From assembly GCA_013359335.1 (NCBI GenBank), contig JABWBZ010000016.1:1-35513 (forward strand): 35,513 nucleotides of DNA, written 5' to 3'. Below are positions 1 through 9,650 of the stretch, piece after piece (position 1 is the first letter of the stretch; each line of letters starts with the position of its first letter). The DNA comes from a bacterium (GTDB lineage: Bacteria; CLD3; SB21). The translations under genes were made by a program, and so were the position numbers. The notes under the pieces are model-generated. The model saw nothing but the letters and a program-made list of their open reading frames with translations, was not told where the DNA came from and did not search any database.

Positions 1-935
1 ATTTTAGAATTCAATCCCCCGCCGTTGTCTTTGACCATAAGATTCAACCGGTCATTTTCCAGCGAGGAAATAATTTCAAGTATACCGGTTTTGGTAAAAG
101 GCGCAATACCGTGACGAATTGCATTTTCCACAATGGGTTGTAATATCAAATTGGGTACGCGCGCATTCAACGTATCCGGATCGATTCGAGTGACAATTTG
201 CAGCCGTTCGCCAAGCCGTGTCCTTTCAATTTCCAGATACTTATTCAGAAACTCCATTTCCTGAAATAATGCCACTTCTTGTGCGCCCACATAATCCAGA
301 GTCAAACGAAGTAAATCGCTCAATTGTGCGATCATCCTTTCTGCGTCATCGGGTTTCGTATGAATGAGCGCGGTGATTGCGTGCAGCGTATTAAATAAAA
401 AATGAGGATTGAGTTGCATTTTAAGCGCTTGCAATTGCGCCTGAGCCAGCTGTGATTGCAATTGCGCTGATCGAAGTTCGCTCTCGCGATAACTTCGGTA
501 GACACCCGCGCCTTGTTGAACGCCTAGAATAATCCAGTAAGCAAGAACATTCCAATGAAACTTAAAAATCAAGGTTGATTGGATAGCTTTGACATACGCA
601 GTTGTCGAATATTCGGAACGAAGCAGCATATTAACCAATGAATAAACCGTCAGGTGAATGACAGCAAACCCTGCGCATGAAAGCAAGTGAAGCGGAACAT
701 GCCTCAACGGGTACGCCCGAATGGAAAATCGACGGCCGAGTGTAAGAATCAACGGCGACAACAGTCCCCATGTGTACCATTCCGGCAAAGCATATATGAG
801 CGAATCTGTCCAGCGAATCGGCTGACGATACGAATACATCAGATAATTTTGACTGGCAAAAAATAATCCGACGAACGTCCAGACTCCAAACAAAACTGTA
901 ATTCGTCTGGCGGCATTTTTAGATGGTAAAGGCAT
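1..935 (-). CDS. LytS/YehU-type membrane sensor histidine kinase, 3' end runs off the window
   Basis: Not in the ORF track because it lacks a stop in the window. Manual translation from ATG at 935: MPLPSKNAARRITVLFGVWTFVGLFF..., hydrophobic segments, then MQLNPHFLFNTL (LytS H-box), LQPIVENAIRHG (N-box) and VKDNGGG (G1 box) at the window edge. Confidence 0.92.
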   Translation of the reverse strand, partial: MPLPSKNAARRITVLFGVWTFVGLFFASQNYLMYSYRQPIRWTDSLIYALPEWYTWGLLSPLILTLGRRFSIRAYPLRHVPLHLLSCAGFAVIHLTVYSLVNMLLRSEYSTTAYVKAIQSTLIFKFHWNVLAYWIILGVQQGAGVYRSYRESELRSAQLQSQLAQAQLQALKMQLNPHFLFNTLHAITALIHTKPDDAERMIAQLSDLLRLTLDYVGAQEVALFQEMEFLNKYLEIERTRLGERLQIVTRIDPDTLNARVPNLILQPIVENAIRHGIAPFTKTGILEIISSLENDRLNLMVKDNGGGLNSK

Positions 936-1088
936 AAGTAAAAAATCGGATAAAATGGTAATAACCTTCAACGATCTGACAATTTAATTGTTCCAAAACT
1001 CTTTTTGCGAAATATCTTTTCGTCTATTATATTGGGCTCACCTTTCTTCGTTTTCTCCTTATAATCACCAATTGCAGGAGAAGATACC

Positions 1089-1538
1089 ATGCTCATTACA
1101 AGTCCGGCTTTTTCAGAAGGCGAATTGATTCCATCGAAATATACGTGCGACGGATCTAATTTTTCACCGCCTTTAAATTGGCAGGATGCACCGCCATCCG
1201 CCAAAAGTTTTGCTCTCATCTGCGATGACCCCGATGCGCCACGCGGAACGTGGGTTCACTGGATATTGTTTAATCTCCCGTCAAACGTTCACGCTCTGCC
1301 CGAGCATATTCCCGCGCAGGAAATTATCGCCGGCGGCGCCAAACAAGGCATCAATGATTCTCACTCCACCGGCTACGACGGCCCGTGCCCACCCGGCGGA
1401 ACGCACCGGTATTATTTCAAACTCTATGCACTCGATACGACACTGGAAATTAAACCCGGTATCACCAAAGCCGATCTGCTCAAGGCCATGAAGGGACATG
1501 TTCTGGCGGAAGCGCAATTAATGGGACGTTACAAGTGA
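1089..1538 (+). CDS. YbhB/YbcL family (PEBP / Raf kinase inhibitor-like) protein
   Basis: Motifs SPPLNW, DPDAP, WVHW, YDGPCPP, HRYYF; AGGAG SD upstream. Confidence 0.95.
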   Translation: MLITSPAFSEGELIPSKYTCDGSNFSPPLNWQDAPPSAKSFALICDDPDAPRGTWVHWILFNLPSNVHALPEHIPAQEIIAGGAKQGINDSHSTGYDGPCPPGGTHRYYFKLYALDTTLEIKPGITKADLLKAMKGHVLAEAQLMGRYK

Positions 1539-1619
1539 AAGTGAAATTGAAAATTGAGCATTCATGAATCAATGAGATAATAAATCAATAAATCAATTCT
1601 TCATGAGGAGGAGCTTTTT

Positions 1620-2030
1620 ATGACGGAAGTACACATCAACCATGTAACGGCGATTGTTGCCGCTGTGATTAATTTTTTAGTTGGCGGATTATGGTATTCA
1701 CCGCTTTTATTTGCCAAGCCGTGGATGGCAGCGGCTGGATTCACGGAAGAAGACGTCAAAAAAGGCGCGGGTGTCATGCCCTATGTCATCGCCTTGGCAA
1801 CTGCTTTAGTCGTATCGTACGGAATGGCGTGTATTCTTTCCGCCGTGCAGGCAACTTCGATCGTAGACGCATTGTCGATCGGATTTTTTACAGGCATTGC
1901 TTTTGTTGTTTCGACTATTGCCATGCACGATGCTTTTGAAAGCCGCCCGATTAAGCTTACGTTGATCAATGCCGGGCACTCCCTCGTCGGAATTTTAGTC
2001 GTCAGCGTTATTTTGACTATTTGGAAATAA
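1620..2030 (+). CDS. DUF1761 family membrane protein
   Basis: GGLWYSPLLFAKPW signature, four hydrophobic helices, GAGGAGG SD. Confidence 0.88.
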   Translation: MTEVHINHVTAIVAAVINFLVGGLWYSPLLFAKPWMAAAGFTEEDVKKGAGVMPYVIALATALVVSYGMACILSAVQATSIVDALSIGFFTGIAFVVSTIAMHDAFESRPIKLTLINAGHSLVGILVVSVILTIWK

Positions 2031-2042
2031 AAGGAAAATCTG

Positions 2043-2429
2043 ATGAAACGGGAAAATTTTTCAAGCGGTACGCCGTGGGAACCGATTGTCGGTTATTCAC
2101 GCGCCGTAAGAGTAGGCCATACCATTCATGTTTCCGGCACCACCGCTACGGCGGCTGACGGCAGCATTGTCGGCAAAGGCGATCCGTACGCCCAGACAGT
2201 TCAGACGATCAAAAACATCGAAACCGCTTTGAAAAAAGCCGGCGCGTCTCTACACGACGTCGTTCGCACGCGGATGTACGTAACGAATATCGCCGACTGG
2301 GAAAAAATCGGAAAAGCGCATGGCGAGTTTTTTAAAGATATCCGCCCTGCAACGAGTATGGTGGAAGTCAGTAAATTGATTAATCCCGATATGGTCGTGG
2401 AGATCGAAGCTGAAGCTATAATCAACTAA
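2043..2429 (+). CDS. RidA/YjgF/YER057c family protein
   Basis: [33 protein letters not shown]. Confidence 0.95.
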   Translation: MKRENFSSGTPWEPIVGYSRAVRVGHTIHVSGTTATAADGSIVGKGDPYAQTVQTIKNIETALKKAGASLHDVVRTRMYVTNIADWEKIGKAHGEFFKDIRPATSMVEVSKLINPDMVVEIEAEAIIN

Positions 2430-2452
2430 ATTTTTATCAGCAAGATAAAACT

Positions 2453-2860
2453 ATGGCAGGTTACTCCGGCACACCATTGATCAAAAAGCTCGGCATTAAA
2501 GAAGGCTTTACTGTTGCACTGATTAATGCGCCAAGAAATTATAATCGAACTCTGGGCAATATGCCCGCTAATGTCAGGATCATTAAAAAAATAAAATCCG
2601 GTTTGGATTGCATTCAATTTTTTACAAAATCGAAGAGCGAACTTGAAGCCGAGATGGTTCATCTCAAAAACGCTATCGTTCAAAACGGTATGATCTGGAT
2701 TTCCTGGCCGAAAGGCAGTTCGAAAATTCCCACCGATGTTAGTGAAAACATTGTCCGCGACATCGCGCTGCGCCATGGTTTAGTGGACGTCAAAGTTTGC
2801 GCAGTCGACGAAATATGGTCGGGACTCAAACTCATTATCCCCGTCAATGACCGCCGATAG
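2453..2860 (+). CDS. DUF3052-like protein
   Basis: MAGYSGTPLIKKLGIK start, WISWPK, GLVDVKVCAVDEIWSGLKL. Confidence 0.85.
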   Translation: MAGYSGTPLIKKLGIKEGFTVALINAPRNYNRTLGNMPANVRIIKKIKSGLDCIQFFTKSKSELEAEMVHLKNAIVQNGMIWISWPKGSSKIPTDVSENIVRDIALRHGLVDVKVCAVDEIWSGLKLIIPVNDRR

Positions 2861-2959
2861 TTTGAACGCTGTTTTATAAACGATCACTGCGATTCCGATT
2901 TCTTTTGAAGAATAAAGAATCTCACACAAAACTTAGCAATTTTCAAAACCGTATGGCTA

Positions 2960-3175
2960 TTAAACCGGCAACTCGACCGTAACGAAACATGCGCGCGCGG
3001 ACTGACACATCTCCGGCGCGACCAATTGCCCGTCGGGTCCGGCGACGCCCATCGTACACAAACACCAATATTGCGCCGTCGTCGAATCGTCGTTGCGCCA
3101 GGATTCCATCTGATCGGGTTCAGGAATGTAACTCATTTTCGTACGAAGATGCCGACATTGCGATTTATGCCCCAT
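2960..3175 (-). CDS. Small Cys-rich protein (71 aa), last gene of the molybdoenzyme operon
   Basis: Minus strand reads TAA-GAGGTG-actt-ATG directly after the FAD subunit stop; CRHLRTK...YWCLCT...GPDG...CQSARAC. Confidence 0.75.
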   Translation of the reverse strand: MGHKSQCRHLRTKMSYIPEPDQMESWRNDDSTTAQYWCLCTMGVAGPDGQLVAPEMCQSARACFVTVELPV

Positions 3176-3185
3176 AAGTCACCTC

Positions 3186-4175
3186 TTATTCAAACGGATT
3201 GATGCCCGCAGCCAGGCAGATCGTTCGCGTAATGACAGCTTTAAAAACAGGAATTTTATAAGCGTTTTCGGACAAAGGCGTTGCTCCGGTCATTGCCGCT
3301 TCGGCTGCTTTTCGCGCAAGCTCGCGCGTAATAGTTTGATTTTTTAAAACGGCTTCCGCTTTCGGTACGCGCCATGGTATCGGCGCAGCCGCGCCCAGCA
3401 CGATCCGGGCATCGGCGCAGGTCTTGCCGTTCATCTGCATACCCACCGCTACTTCCGCCACCGGCCAATCAAACGCCTGCTTTTCTTTTTGTTTATAATA
3501 ATAACTGATATAACCGCCGGGCGCCGGAGGAATGGTAACAGCGGTGATGATTTCATTCGCTTCAAGAATATTTTCCCGAAAAATATCTTTGACAGGTAAA
3601 ACAAAAAAATCATCGATGGAAATTTCTCTTTCGCCTTTGGGCGATGTGATTTTCAATTTTGCTCCCAAGGCCATCAACGCCGTCGCCGTTGCGGATGGAT
3701 GTACAATGACACAACCGCCGTTGTTGCCGAAAATGGCGTGATATTGATTCTCGCCATCGAGGGCGAAACAGGCTTTGCCGCCTTTGCGCTTGCAGTCAAA
3801 ATCGTGGCTGCGGAAATACCAGCAGCGCGGCCGTTGGCACAAATTACCTCCCAGCGTGGCTGCATTGCGGATCTGCGGCGTGGCGGCAGCGTCCGCGGCT
3901 TGCGCCAAAGCCTGATAACGGCCTTTAAGTTTTTCATGCGATGATAATTCATCGAGTGTCACATTAGGACCGATGGTCACGCCGGCGGAATTTTCGTTTA
4001 GAAAATGCAGATCTTTCAGCGAACGCAGATGAACAAGCCGTTTGGGTTGAATCAATCCTTCTTTCATCATATCGAGCAAATCGATTCCGCTGCCTTTGAC
4101 CATGGTCCCCGGATCGTTCAGAAAATTAAAAACATCTTTTAATGATTCCGGCTTCGCGTATTCAAATGAATTCAT
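3186..4175 (-). CDS. Xanthine dehydrogenase family FAD-binding subunit, PaoB/YagS-like
   Basis: GSGIDLLDMMK, TPQIRNAATLGGNLCQRPRCWYFR, and the Cys-rich insert typical of the PaoB [4Fe-4S] site. Confidence 0.95.
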   Translation of the reverse strand: MNSFEYAKPESLKDVFNFLNDPGTMVKGSGIDLLDMMKEGLIQPKRLVHLRSLKDLHFLNENSAGVTIGPNVTLDELSSHEKLKGRYQALAQAADAAATPQIRNAATLGGNLCQRPRCWYFRSHDFDCKRKGGKACFALDGENQYHAIFGNNGGCVIVHPSATATALMALGAKLKITSPKGEREISIDDFFVLPVKDIFRENILEANEIITAVTIPPAPGGYISYYYKQKEKQAFDWPVAEVAVGMQMNGKTCADARIVLGAAAPIPWRVPKAEAVLKNQTITRELARKAAEAAMTGATPLSENAYKIPVFKAVITRTICLAAGINPFE

Positions 4176-4202
4176 AATTCACCTTTTTTTAGCAAAAAAT
4201 TA

Positions 4203-6485
4203 TTAACCTTGTAAAACTTTAAGAACGGCAGCCGGTGTCATCGGCAATTCGCGAATGCGTACGCCGGTCGCGTGATAAAACGCATTGGCAATAGCCGCGG
4301 CCGTCGGTACCGTGGCCGGTTCGCCGATGCCCATCGCGCCGGTACTGCTCTGGCCGTTGTTGACGTCGATGATGATCGATTCGATTTCCGGCATATCGAG
4401 CGATCCGGCAATTTTGTATTGATCGAAATTTGCATTCACCATCAATCCGGTATTTCTGTCGAGAAGACGATTTTCAAACAGCGCATAGCTGATGCCTTGA
4501 ATCACGCCGCCGTTGATCTGACTCTCGAGCGTCAATCGATTCATCGGACGGCCGCAGTCATGCACGGCGACAACACGTTTAACCTTGATAACGCCGGTCT
4601 CAGTATCGACTTCCACTTCGGCGAACTGCACGCCTGCGAGCAATCGCGGCCGTACTTCTAAATGATCTTTGAGCCGTTCGCCGATCACGGTGAATTTATC
4701 GCCCGGAATTTTTGACGCAACTTGTTTCCATGTCAAATTTTTCGAAGGATTAGCTGCGACGACAATTTTTCCATCCGTCAAATCAAGTTCTTCCGGCTTT
4801 ACGCCAAGAAGCGGCGCGGCGATGTCGAACATTTTCATTTTCGCAAGATACGCCGCATTGCGCACTGCCGGAGTGATGCCGGCCGTTGTCTGGCTACCGC
4901 CGCTGGCGGGGCCAAGCCCGTACTGCGTGTCTCCGATTTTGACGACAATATCTTTCGGCTGCAATCCCAGTTCCTCCGCCGCCACCATCGCCATGACCGT
5001 CCTGATGCCGCCGCCAATATCCTGAACGCCGTTCGTCAGTTCGAGCGAACCGTCGCTATTGACCTGAATCGCGGCCTGAAATCCGGCGCCGGTAATATAA
5101 TACCAGACGGAATTGGCCATACCGTAGCCTTTTTTTATAGGGCCTTTATCGGCCGCAACTTTAGGATTTCGTTTTTCCCAGCCGAATTTTTTCGCACCGA
5201 TTTCATATTCAGCCATTCGAACAAGGTCGGTCGCGGAATTTAATTTTCTGAATTCCAAAGGATCCATAGCGAGTTTGTATGCCAGTTCATCGATCGATTG
5301 TTCCAATGCAAAAGCGCCTTGCGGAAAACCGGGCGCCCGGAAAGCCGCTCCGGGCCCGGCATTGATAAACACGTCCGATTCTTCCGTAAAAATATTATCG
5401 ACGGTAAAATACATTACGCGCGCCGGTCCGGCCGAACCCGCGCCGGTTCCAACCCCGGCGGTACCGTAAGACAATAATTTGATCGCTTTCAATTTTCCGT
5501 CTTTTCCGGCGCCAATTTTAAGAGTTTGGACGGAACTCGGGCGATTGCCGACAGCCAAATGTTCTTCTTTGCGATTGAGCATCAACCGTACGGGCGCTTT
5601 GGTTTTTTTGGCTAATTTGGCGGCCATGGCGCCGTACACTCCGGCTCCGAATTTGGCGCCGAAGCCGCCGCCCATGTATTCGGTATACACCCTTACGTTA
5701 GTTTTCGGAAGTTGAAATACGTCGGCCAATTCATCGCGCACGCTGAACGTACCTTGTGTCGACGCCCAGACCGTCAGTTGATCGTCAGCATCCCAGCGGG
5801 CAACAACCCCGTGTGTCTCCATGGCCGAGTGCGTTTGAACCTGCGTCGTATACGTGGCTTCGACGACCACGTCGGATCCGGCCAACGCCGTGTCGACCTG
5901 AGATAAATTGCCGTTCGTTCTCGGGCCGCGGACATTGCCTTTTTGTGAAACTTTCGCCGCGCCGCCGGGCGCATCGCCTTCCGTTTTTTTCTCTTCGACG
6001 GTTTCATCGAATACCAGAATTTTTCCGTTTTTGGCTTTCTCAATATCCACGACGAACGGCTTGCGCTCGTATTCGACGGCAACTAATTTTAAAGCCTCCT
6101 CCGCCTGATGCTGCGTTTCAGCGGCAATCGCCAGAATTTCCTGACCGGCAAAACGCACTGCCATCGGCCACTGTTCTTTGACCGGAATAACGGCTTTGAC
6201 GCCGGGATATTTTTCCGCTTTGGAAGTATCGACACTTTTTACAACAGCCGACGCGTGCGGTGATCGCAGAAAAACCGCGTGCAACATGCCCGGCAATTGA
6301 ATATCGAACGTGTATTTGGCTTTGCCGGAAACTTTATCCATGCCGTCGTTGCGCGACGTTTTGCCGCCGATGAACTTAAGTTGATCGCCGCCGTCCCACG
6401 GTTTGGGCGTATTATCGGCAATGTCGACCGTTATGTCTTTTAAATTTTTTTCTACGCCGAGTTTGAGCGTGACTTGTTTGGACAT
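4203..6485 (-). CDS. Xanthine dehydrogenase family molybdopterin-binding subunit, PaoC/YagR-like
   Basis: KVSGKAKY, GGGFGAK, FRAPG, SGGSQT, GGVIQG, GIGE (catalytic Glu). Confidence 0.96.
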   Translation of the reverse strand: MSKQVTLKLGVEKNLKDITVDIADNTPKPWDGGDQLKFIGGKTSRNDGMDKVSGKAKYTFDIQLPGMLHAVFLRSPHASAVVKSVDTSKAEKYPGVKAVIPVKEQWPMAVRFAGQEILAIAAETQHQAEEALKLVAVEYERKPFVVDIEKAKNGKILVFDETVEEKKTEGDAPGGAAKVSQKGNVRGPRTNGNLSQVDTALAGSDVVVEATYTTQVQTHSAMETHGVVARWDADDQLTVWASTQGTFSVRDELADVFQLPKTNVRVYTEYMGGGFGAKFGAGVYGAMAAKLAKKTKAPVRLMLNRKEEHLAVGNRPSSVQTLKIGAGKDGKLKAIKLLSYGTAGVGTGAGSAGPARVMYFTVDNIFTEESDVFINAGPGAAFRAPGFPQGAFALEQSIDELAYKLAMDPLEFRKLNSATDLVRMAEYEIGAKKFGWEKRNPKVAADKGPIKKGYGMANSVWYYITGAGFQAAIQVNSDGSLELTNGVQDIGGGIRTVMAMVAAEELGLQPKDIVVKIGDTQYGLGPASGGSQTTAGITPAVRNAAYLAKMKMFDIAAPLLGVKPEELDLTDGKIVVAANPSKNLTWKQVASKIPGDKFTVIGERLKDHLEVRPRLLAGVQFAEVEVDTETGVIKVKRVVAVHDCGRPMNRLTLESQINGGVIQGISYALFENRLLDRNTGLMVNANFDQYKIAGSLDMPEIESIIIDVNNGQSSTGAMGIGEPATVPTAAAIANAFYHATGVRIRELPMTPAAVLKVLQG

Positions 6486-6514
6486 GATCCGACTCCTTTA
6501 CGGATTTATAGAAC

Positions 6515-6904
6515 TTACTGCGCCCAGATGCCAATGGATAAAAGAACAGCTACCCCCAGCAGCGCCACGGCGCTGATTAATTGTTCTTTTTTGTAGGTAT
6601 TTTTTTTCACTCTGATTTCCAGAATATTTTGCAAAGGAATAATCGCTTTGACATATTGCCGGTGGCCCATGCTGAAAAATTCAAATTCCACGCGTGTGCT
6701 GTCGGTGAATCCTTTGAAATAACCGTCTTCCTCGAAAATACCGCCGGTTCCGCTGCTATAGCGGACGTGCACAACTTCATTGGGTTTGATCATTTCTTTT
6801 TCAATGACCGCGGCGGTGATCGTCTGCGGTTTGTAAATCTTTTGTCCGCCCGCACACCCGGCAACAATCCCGCACCACATTAAACCGATAACCATTTTAA
6901 TCAT
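6515..6904 (-). CDS. Hypothetical lipoprotein with a C-terminal hydrophobic helix
   Basis: N-terminal hydrophobic stretch ending VAGC (lipobox-like); C-terminal LISAVALLGVAVLLSIGIW; fills the gap between two co-oriented subunit genes. Confidence 0.72.
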   Translation of the reverse strand: MIKMVIGLMWCGIVAGCAGGQKIYKPQTITAAVIEKEMIKPNEVVHVRYSSGTGGIFEEDGYFKGFTDSTRVEFEFFSMGHRQYVKAIIPLQNILEIRVKKNTYKKEQLISAVALLGVAVLLSIGIWAQ

Positions 6905-6911
6905 ACATTGA

Positions 6912-7535
6912 TCACGCTTTTTTAGCGTTGAGTACCGCTTCGAAGACTTTAGGATAGGTGCCGCAACGGCACAAATTGCCGCTCGTTGCCGTTTTAATAT
7001 CGTCCATCGTCGGATTGTTTTTATGATCGAGTAAATTTTTGCAGCTCATGATCAGTCCCGGTGTACAAAATCCACACTGCAACGCATCGGCATTGATAAA
7101 CGCCTGCTGTACGGGATGCAATTGACCGTTCGATTCTAAACCTTCAATCGTCTGAATCGGCAGACCGGCAACGTCGATCGCAAGCGTGAGGCATGAAGCC
7201 AATGTTTGACCGCCGACAATGACCGTGCACGCTCCGCAGGCGCCACGATCGCATCCGGTTTTCGTACCGGTGAGATGCAAATGATCCCGCAGCGCTTCGA
7301 CCAACGTCGTACGCGGTTCGACATTGATCGTGTAATTTTTGCCGTTCACATTGAGCGTGATCGAAGTAGTTCCCGGACCCACCAGGGTTCCGTTGGTTGT
7401 GCCGTCGGGAATGACGCCGCCAAGAATGCCTCCGCCGGCCGCCGCTACACCGATCGACGTCAAACCGAACCCTTTGAGAAATTTTCGACGCGACAACCCT
7501 TTGGAGGTTTTATTGTCATCGTGCGACTGACTCAT
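6912..7535 (-). CDS. 2x[2Fe-2S] subunit with Tat signal, PaoA/YagT-like
   Basis: SRRKFLK twin-arginine motif; GCDRGACGACT, QCGFCTPG, NLCRCGTY. Start moved to ATG 7535, which follows a GGAG SD. Confidence 0.95.
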   Translation of the reverse strand: MSQSHDDNKTSKGLSRRKFLKGFGLTSIGVAAAGGGILGGVIPDGTTNGTLVGPGTTSITLNVNGKNYTINVEPRTTLVEALRDHLHLTGTKTGCDRGACGACTVIVGGQTLASCLTLAIDVAGLPIQTIEGLESNGQLHPVQQAFINADALQCGFCTPGLIMSCKNLLDHKNNPTMDDIKTATSGNLCRCGTYPKVFEAVLNAKKA

Positions 7536-7696
7536 GATAAACTCCAATAGTTAGAGTTATTAAAAAAAATTGAAATCAGGAAATTTGAATTGCCTTAATC
7601 TAATCGTTGAGACGGGTAGAAATGTTACGCAAGAAAAGCTGAATGAGTTTCCTAAAAAAAGAATAAAAAGTCAAGTGACCGGTTTGGGTTATTTAT

Positions 7697-7728
7697 AAAA
7701 AAACCCGGAATCCATTATCCCGGGTTTT
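7697..7728 (-). terminator. Intrinsic terminator after the 7791-8462 gene
   Basis: Minus strand aaaacccgg-N11-ccggg followed by T7. Confidence 0.75.
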
Positions 7729-7790
7729 ACACGTCGCAAAATACCATATCTCTCAGCGACTCGCCAACTTTGCGAGAAATACATATCGCT

Positions 7791-8462
7791 CTAAAAACGG
7801 CTCGTTAGTCCTAATTGAAAATAGATTGGTAAAACATCGCTTTCATTTCCGCGCGCATTGACTTTGCCTAATCGTAAATTGGCTTCATAACTGCGGCCAA
7901 TGGTTTTACCGGCTTGAATTCCGTAAAAATAATGAGCGCCGTTATTTAAATACCACCCATCCTGAATCTCCGGGTAGTTGCCCTTCATAAGCTTCGAGTG
8001 TTTTAAATATGAAACGACGGCTCCATCGGCGCTCAACTCCAATGCTGCGTGAAAGGTCGGTTTGAAATATCCTGTCACGAGAGAAAATTCGCCGCCGAAA
8101 TTTGAAATTCTGACAAGAGATGTTTTATGATTTCGAAAAATTCCTAGAACTTTACCTGACGCAACAAAACCATTTTTTTCAAAAAACTCAACATGGGTGC
8201 CAAACCGCACTTTAAAATCATCCGTCAGCCGATGACCCATCGGCATAGAATAATCGAAAGTCAAAACCAACGGCCGGATCGTCTGAATAAAACGTCCGTA
8301 GCCGACTTGCGCCGTCACGCCAAAATCGTATCCAAAATTAGAATAAATGATGTTTGAATTCTGCTTGCCAGCCGATCGCCAATTTAAATTTTGAGAATAG
8401 CCAGAGCTTACCAGTATTCCGGCTAAAAAGGTTAAGAAGAATATATTGATTAATTTTTTCAC
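7791..8462 (-). CDS. Exported protein, probable outer-membrane beta-barrel
   Basis: GTG start after AGGAG, Sec signal peptide, alternating amphipathic strands, C-terminal YFQLGLTSRF. Confidence 0.75.
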   Translation of the reverse strand: MKKLINIFFLTFLAGILVSSGYSQNLNWRSAGKQNSNIIYSNFGYDFGVTAQVGYGRFIQTIRPLVLTFDYSMPMGHRLTDDFKVRFGTHVEFFEKNGFVASGKVLGIFRNHKTSLVRISNFGGEFSLVTGYFKPTFHAALELSADGAVVSYLKHSKLMKGNYPEIQDGWYLNNGAHYFYGIQAGKTIGRSYEANLRLGKVNARGNESDVLPIYFQLGLTSRF

Positions 8463-8482
8463 GACTGTTTCTCCTAAAAATT

Positions 8483-9502
8483 TTATTTAACTTCGTTAAG
8501 GTAATTTTTTGCTAAAGGATAAAATTTGTTCCAACCGAAATAGGTCATTTCATGCCCCTGACCCAAAATTTCTTCGAGTTGAACATTGGGATAGACCGAA
8601 GAAACTTTTTCTGCATGTTTTTTCCCGTAGGCTTCATTCAATTCACTGTAAACGAACAGCACTTTCGTATTGAATTGATTAAGATTGGTTGTGAAATCGA
8701 ATCCGTATTTTTCCGCATAATCCAAAGAGGCCTTGTGGCAAATGGCGCCAAACCTCCAGTTAGGTTCGAGTCCTTCAACGCCTGTTTTGTTACCTTCTGC
8801 AAAATCCGCCGCAGCCATCAAGCCTGCTTTATAATCGAGCACACGGTGATCGTCGCCGGTGACGAATTGATCTAAATAAACAAAATCGTTGCTCGCTTCA
8901 TCGAAAAGCTGAAGTGTCTGGAAACGTTCGATATAGTCTTTGGTGTCTTTCCAGGTAAAACCACCCGGCTCGGCCAGAACAAGACCGCTGATTTTTCCAG
9001 GGTTTTGGTTAACGTATGCCGTCGCCAGCATCGCGCCCCACGATTGTCCCAATAGAAAAATTTTCTGAGCCGAATCTTTTCTGTAGTGATGGATGACGGC
9101 GTCCAGATCATCGATAAAAAGCTGAACTGTATAAATTTTTTCATCGTGCCTTTTGGAAAGCCCCGAACCTCTTTGGTCATACATGACGACAAAAAAACCG
9201 TCGTTCACAAACTCGGCACAATTGAGCAAGTAACGATAGTCGCCGCCAGGCCCGCCGTGAAGGGCGACGAGCATCGGATCATTCGGATTTCCAAATGATT
9301 CTGCATGAAGCTGCGTACCATTTACAGAAATGGAAGGCAACGACGGGTCTTCATCAACGGTTAATGGAACCAGCAGCCCCGGTTCATCCATTTCATGCGT
9401 CTCGCATGAATTCAAAACGGCCATCAACATGACACACAACAATAAAATTTTATGTGCTTGCCGGCTTGAAATTTCAATTGCCGATATCATCGAGGATATC
9501 AT
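8483..9502 (-). CDS. Alpha/beta hydrolase, proline iminopeptidase-like, probable lipoprotein
   Basis: HGGPGG, YDQRGSG, GQSWG nucleophile elbow, C-terminal GH; LNSC lipobox-like. ATG 9502 fits the AGGAG SD better than GTG 9508. Confidence 0.9.
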   Translation of the reverse strand: MISSMISAIEISSRQAHKILLLCVMLMAVLNSCETHEMDEPGLLVPLTVDEDPSLPSISVNGTQLHAESFGNPNDPMLVALHGGPGGDYRYLLNCAEFVNDGFFVVMYDQRGSGLSKRHDEKIYTVQLFIDDLDAVIHHYRKDSAQKIFLLGQSWGAMLATAYVNQNPGKISGLVLAEPGGFTWKDTKDYIERFQTLQLFDEASNDFVYLDQFVTGDDHRVLDYKAGLMAAADFAEGNKTGVEGLEPNWRFGAICHKASLDYAEKYGFDFTTNLNQFNTKVLFVYSELNEAYGKKHAEKVSSVYPNVQLEEILGQGHEMTYFGWNKFYPLAKNYLNEVK

Positions 9503-9650
9503 TTTCACTCCTTTTTAAAATTGTAATTGAAAGGCGTCTTTTCGAGCGCCACGTTATTTACGCCTTCAAAATACAATCTTTTCAAGGGGCTTTCGCCTCA
9601 AATTGTAAGATGGCACATGTTGTAAATCCTGAAAATACAGTGAGTTGCTG

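Noticed and set aside
1536-1603. Short 7-8-bp tandem repeats (tgaaa(a)t; aataaatc) between genes
   Set aside because: Only 2-3 degenerate copies in AT-rich DNA; too weak to call.
4272-6181. Overlapping alternative-frame ORFs here and throughout the ORF track (e.g. 11559-12299, 12845-13402, 31063-31761)
   Set aside because: Antisense or shifted shadows of well-supported genes, with no motifs of their own.
7734-7776. tcgcaaa...tttgcga inverted repeat, loosely similar to 26163-26216
   Set aside because: Only 7-bp arms and low similarity between sites; cannot be called a repeat family without genome-wide counts.
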